Below, one piece after another: positions 59,361-64,000 of a stretch of 64,000 bases of DNA. The position numbers and the translations under genes are program-made. Under the pieces are notes generated by a model. The model saw only the letters and a list, made by a program, of their open reading frames with translations, did not search any database and was not told the origin of the DNA. Position 1 is the stretch's first letter, and each line of letters opens with the position of its first letter. Origin of the DNA: Callorhinchus milii (Eukaryota); contig NW_024704743.1 of NCBI RefSeq assembly GCF_018977255.1, positions 96,784,001-96,848,000 on the forward strand, read 5' to 3'.

Positions 59361-61911
59361 ATGACGTCCCTCCACCCTCCTTGATTTCAATAAGTGATGT
59401 TCCCAAGCTATTTTTGATTATCACCTTATGTGATGAGATTCAGTAAATCTTTGCCAAGCCACTACATCCTAACAAGACTACTGGACATTCCACTTCAATA
59501 TACTTTTCGCAGTGGGTGTTTGACATAATCTTTTCTCCCCAATTGATCCAAGTCACTATGCTCTACCATCTGTGTACAACTACTGGTTAAGTTTTATGTA
59601 TAGCTGAGAGCCAGTGAGGTTGTCAGCTCTTCACTAAAATAAAAAATACCAAGCTGGCCTGTAGATTAATATTCACATTTTAAATGTACAATTTAAAATT
59701 GAAAAAGATAATTTCACACTGATACAATTATGTCAGACAGGGCAAAGCTGAAGCAGTATGAACTACTGTAATTTGTCTCACATGCCTTAAACTTAAATTT
59801 GCACCATAAGAAACACAGAAATTAATTTAACTGATGGAAATTTTGGTCTAAGTGACCATCTTTGCACAATAACTGCTGGCAAGCAATCTGAACTAGACAA
59901 TCCACAAGTTATAGCCAACTGATATAACTAATGACAGCTCATGAGATGTAATTAAAACATTTATTGCTTATACTTAGTTTAAACAACTAACCCAGTTGGA
60001 ACTTGTGAGCTTTGACTCACTGCCTCTTTCCCTCTAATTATGAGTTTAATTGGATGAATTGTTGAGAAACAAGTTTCCCAGCAGTACTCTCAGACTGCAG
60101 GTGCTTCATAAGGTAACTAGCTCTGTGATCGAGTATGCTATTAATTATAGCAGTGAGAAGCAGACAGCAGGTAGGAGTTTATTTAAAATCAAAACATTTG
60201 TCTGAAATGGTTTTGGGGGAGGGGCAGAAAGGTAGTTTCCTGGCAAGACACAAGGTCAGATATCCAGAGTGAGATATTCTTATGAAGCAAAATGCAGTAC
60301 TCAGGGCAGAAAAATCAGGCCCTATGCCTCTCAGTTCCTTGCTTTTTACCAAACTTTTATATCTTTTTATGTACAGTGGGCATCATTGACACTTTGTTTC
60401 AATGAATAATTTCTACAAATGTTATACATGCAGCATTTCAAGGAATTTTATGGTTTATTTTTGTCTTCATTATAGTCACGAGTTGCTTTCTCCCGGAGAA
60501 CATATTTTCCAGTATATAATAGTTATCAGTGTAGGGATTCCAAAATTAACCATGGAGATAACCTAAATCATTCTGCATCTCTTCATTGATGATCTTAAAA
60601 GGTTGGATAGGCATATGGCAATCAGACTGCCATTTGTATGGAATATATAATAGAAGGAATATTCCACACAGATGTTCTGTGCCATTTGATTATGGCAAAT
60701 GATATACTACCATAATTCACTCTGCAACCTGAAGATCTAGTTGGGATACAAGGAATCACCAAGAGAATTCTTCCTGTTTTGGATTCTTCCTGTTTCGGTT
60801 CCTCCTCTTTTGAGGTGGCTTTAACAGGATCACCAATTTAAAAGTACTCAATTATCTACAGTTAGACCAGTCACATTGTGCAGCAGCTCAGACAGATTTG
60901 TAGAATCAGTTTGTACAAAGAGTGGTTGTTCTCGGGTTGAAAAAATCCAGTCTGCCCTGGGACATCTTTCCGACGTAAAGGGCGATATGCAAATGTAATT
61001 TGTTGTTGTTCTAGCAGTTGCAAGCTCTACAATAGGACACAGAGTTGAGCTCAGAAGAAAGTAAATAGACACATCTGCTTTTTCTGAGATTTAAATACCT
61101 TACATATAGAGCGGTGAATACATCAAATGGATTTCACAGGCAATTAGTGAAGGCAGATTGTGTCGGCAAATTCAAGACTGTCCAACACTTTGGGTTGTCC
61201 TCCTGACATGAAAAGCACTATACAAATGTAATTTGTTGTTGTGTTAAGGCTTAAAATAAGATAGTTTACAAAGCTAATGGAGTCAATCACAGAAATAAGA
61301 GGCAAGGTACCTATGCCCTCTACTGGAACAAACCTAAATGTTCACATAAATTTAATCTGAGCATTACATTGCTACATTCTTCATCATTTTAAACCATTAG
61401 GTTTAACTAAAAAATACACTGTATTTCAAAATAACAACAATTTACATTTATATTGCCTCCTTCACCCGGGGGGTAGTGTCTCGGAGTGGGTTAACGTCCC
61501 GGAGCGCTTAAAAGAGCGCAATAAATCCCGTGAAGCATTTTGAGAAGTCCTCTGGAGTTGACCGGCACTATATCAAATACAAGACATTTATTTTATCATG
61601 TTTTAAAACTTGCAGAATAAGAAACCCCATGTTGTACCTTCTGATAATGAGTTCAATATTTCACAGATCAAACAAGATAGACTAGCTGAAGGGCATCGTT
61701 TCCTAATACTATTCAACGAATTGAGCTAATCACCTCCAGGAAGCTCTGACTCAGAAAATTGTACCACTCATTTGAGAATTGGCTCACATGCTTAATCTCA
61801 CTTTATGGTGAGAAATGCCATAAATACAGGTGAAAGCACAGTGAAAAATGTCCATGCAGGGGTTACAGTATTTAACAATCTGATGCCAGCATTCACCACA
61901 CCCAAAAGCTA

Positions 61912-62363
61912 AACAACAAATTAAATTTGTAAAGCGCCTTTCATGTCAGGAGGACGTCGCAAGTTGCTGGACAGTCAGGGATCCACACTCGAGCTGCTGG
62001 TTGGGATCAGGAAGGGTGGAGGGCAGTAGTAGGAGGGAGACCAAAAGCACGGTTGAAGAGGAGGGTCTTGAGACAGGTTTTGAAGGAGGCAAGGGAGGGG
62101 CAAGGCGGAGGGAAGGTGGGATGGAGTTCTAGAGGGTGGGGGCAAAGAGGCTGAAGGCTCTCCCACCAATGGTGAGGCAGGCAAGGCGGGGGACTTGTTC
62201 CAGTAGAGGGCATAGGTACCTTGTCTGCTGAGCGGAGGGAGCAGACAGGTTCAGAGTTAGGAGATCAGAGAGGTAGGAATGAGCAAGGCCATGGAGGGCT
62301 TTGAAGATGAAGACCAGGATCTTGAACTGTATCCTCTGAGTGATGGGAAGCCAGTGGAGCCGA
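61912..62363 (-). mobile_element. Second, more diverged L2 3' fragment directly adjacent to the first
   Basis: Same tail (aaagcgcctttcatgtcaggaggacgtc); translation fragment SFKTCLKTLLFNRAF; ends at the RLHWLP-coding region. Confidence 0.8.
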
Positions 62364-62364
62364 T

Positions 62365-63262
62365 CAACAACAACAACAACAAGATTCCATTTATAAAGCG
62401 CCTTTCACGTCAGGAGGACGTCCCAAGGCGCTGCACAGTTGGGTCATGACCCGAGCAGGGGGGAAATGGTCAGGGTGAGGGGAGGGGAGGGAGCGAGGAG
62501 GGGGAAATGGTCAGGGTGAGGGGAGGGATGGGAGGGAGCGAGAAGGGGGAAGAGAGTCGAGAGGGGAGCTGAAGGCTCGGTCAAAGAGAAAGCTTTTGAG
62601 ACCGGCCTTGAAGGAGGAGAGGGAGGAAGCAAGGCGAAGGCACTGGGGGATAGAGTTCCAGAGCCTCGGGGCTGAGAGGCTGAAGGCCCGACCACCAATG
62701 GTAGGGCGATTGGGGCGGGGGACGTGGAGCAGACCGGAGCCGGAGGAACGGAGGGTACGGGCAGGTAGGTAGGGGGATAGTAGGTTGGAGAGGTAGGAGG
62801 GAGCAAGGCCGTGAATGGCCTTGTAGGTGAGGATGAGGATCTTGAAATCAATCCTCTGGGGGATGGGGAGCCAGTGGAGGCGAGCGAGGGTGGGAGTGAT
62901 GTGGTCCCGAAGCCTGGTGCGGGACAGTACACGAGCTGCAGAGTTCTGAATGACCTGCAGCTTGTGCAGGGAGGAGTTGGGGAGGCGGACAAGCAGGGAG
63001 TTTGCACAGTTGAGCCTGGATGGGATGAATGCATGGATGAGGGTCATGGAGGCCTGCGATAAGAGATAGTGGCCGGAGCCGGGAATGTTGCAGACGTGGG
63101 GAAAGGCGGAGGGTCATGGCACAGATATGGAGGATGAAGGACAGTTGAGGGTTGAACAAGACACCGAGGTTCCGTATTGGCTATGTGAGGTGCAGAGTGC
63201 ATCCATGAAGAGAGATGCTGTCAGCACCCGAGGTATGGAGGTGCTGACGGGAGCCAAGCAAT
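62365..63262 (-). mobile_element. L2 LINE 3' fragment (RT C-terminal region, 3'UTR, (TTG)n tail)
   Basis: ORF 62511-63047 reads TLIHAFIPSRLNCANSLL...LQVIQNSAARVL...HITPTLARLHWLPIPQRIDFKILILTYKAIHGLAPSYL, a typical L2 ORF2 C-terminus. It is 5'-truncated and disrupted upstream. Confidence 0.9.
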
Positions 63263-63585
63263 CTTCAGTACTTGAATAAATTGTTAATGAATTGGTCAAA
63301 TTATAATTTTGTGAACTGTTGTGCAATTTAAATGTAGGCAAACTAATATTCATAATTACAATTCTGCTGGTGCTGGTGGTGTAAATAAAATGTCTTGTAA
63401 CTTGAAAATTCTTGGGTATGGTGTTTAGCAAACCATAAAATGTCTATTATTCAAATAACTGTAGCTCCCATTAAGTATGTGGACATTTTTCCTGGTGTAC
63501 AGAATTTAAATAATAATTCAACAAATGCCCTGCAATTGTAATTACTGCAACACAATCCTTCTTTAATTTTGTAAAACTATGTATT

Positions 63586-63891
63586 GGAGTCTTGTAGCTC
63601 AGTGGTTAGAGCATTCGCTTTGCAAGCAAGAGACCTGGATTCGATTCCTGGCAGGTTGAAATTTGGGTAAGTTTCCTTACTCCACATGCCTAATAATAAT
63701 CCCGCCAAAGAAAATAATAATAAATGGGTCATTTCAATCCACGACTTTTGTGGGACACTGCTGTGCACAATTGGCTGCCGCATTTCGCCCACAAATATAC
63801 AGTCAATTCACCTTAGTCTGTTTTGTGAAGCGCTTTGAGACGTCTAGAAGACGTGAAAAGCGCTACATCAAATGCAAGGATTGTTATTATT
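63586..63891 (+). mobile_element. tRNA-Ala-derived SINE, short variant
   Basis: Same head, core and tail as the 17629 and 55001 copies. Confidence 0.9.
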
Positions 63892-64000
63892 AAAAGCAAA
63901 TCTTGATTGACAGGAAGGTCAAAACTTTATTTTATTTAAGCTATACATAATTACATGCAACAGGAAATAATGATAGAACAAATGTATTTTAATTTGTAGA

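Noticed and set aside
62444..63159. 196-, 178- and 103-aa ORFs as a host gene
   Set aside because: They are frames of a truncated L2 retroposon.
1..64000. CRISPR array, operon or other prokaryotic system
   Set aside because: The sequence is vertebrate (spliced gene, SINEs and LINEs); the recurring motifs are dispersed retroposon tails, not regularly spaced repeats.

Overview
This is vertebrate genomic DNA. I infer a cartilaginous fish (possibly a chimaera) from the repeat families, but the sequence alone does not prove it. The window holds one protein-coding gene, a complete two-exon GDF6 (BMP13; TGF-beta/BMP family) on the minus strand. Coding exon 1 is 42502-42127, the phase-1 intron is 8.7 kb, coding exon 2 is 33392-32509, and the protein is 419 aa with signal peptide, prodomain, RRKRR furin site and 120-aa mature domain. 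It has a CpG-island/CCAAT promoter and a probable ~2.2-kb 3'UTR. The flanks are gene-free and rich in tRNA-derived SINEs, L2 and CR1 LINE 3' fragments, decayed MITE-like inverted repeats and microsatellites. Apart from the GDF6 exons and the L2 remnants, the ORFs in the track look spurious. I found no convincing new biological system. The best leads are a ~600-bp direct duplication 6-9 kb upstream of GDF6, a (TGC)5 poly-Cys tract in the signal peptide, covarying SINE/L2 3' stem-loops, a 75-nt near-perfect hairpin, let-7 and Pumilio sites in the 3'UTR, co-oriented CTCF-like motifs and several candidate enhancers. Repeat boundaries are approximate and family names come from recalled consensus similarity, not a database search.
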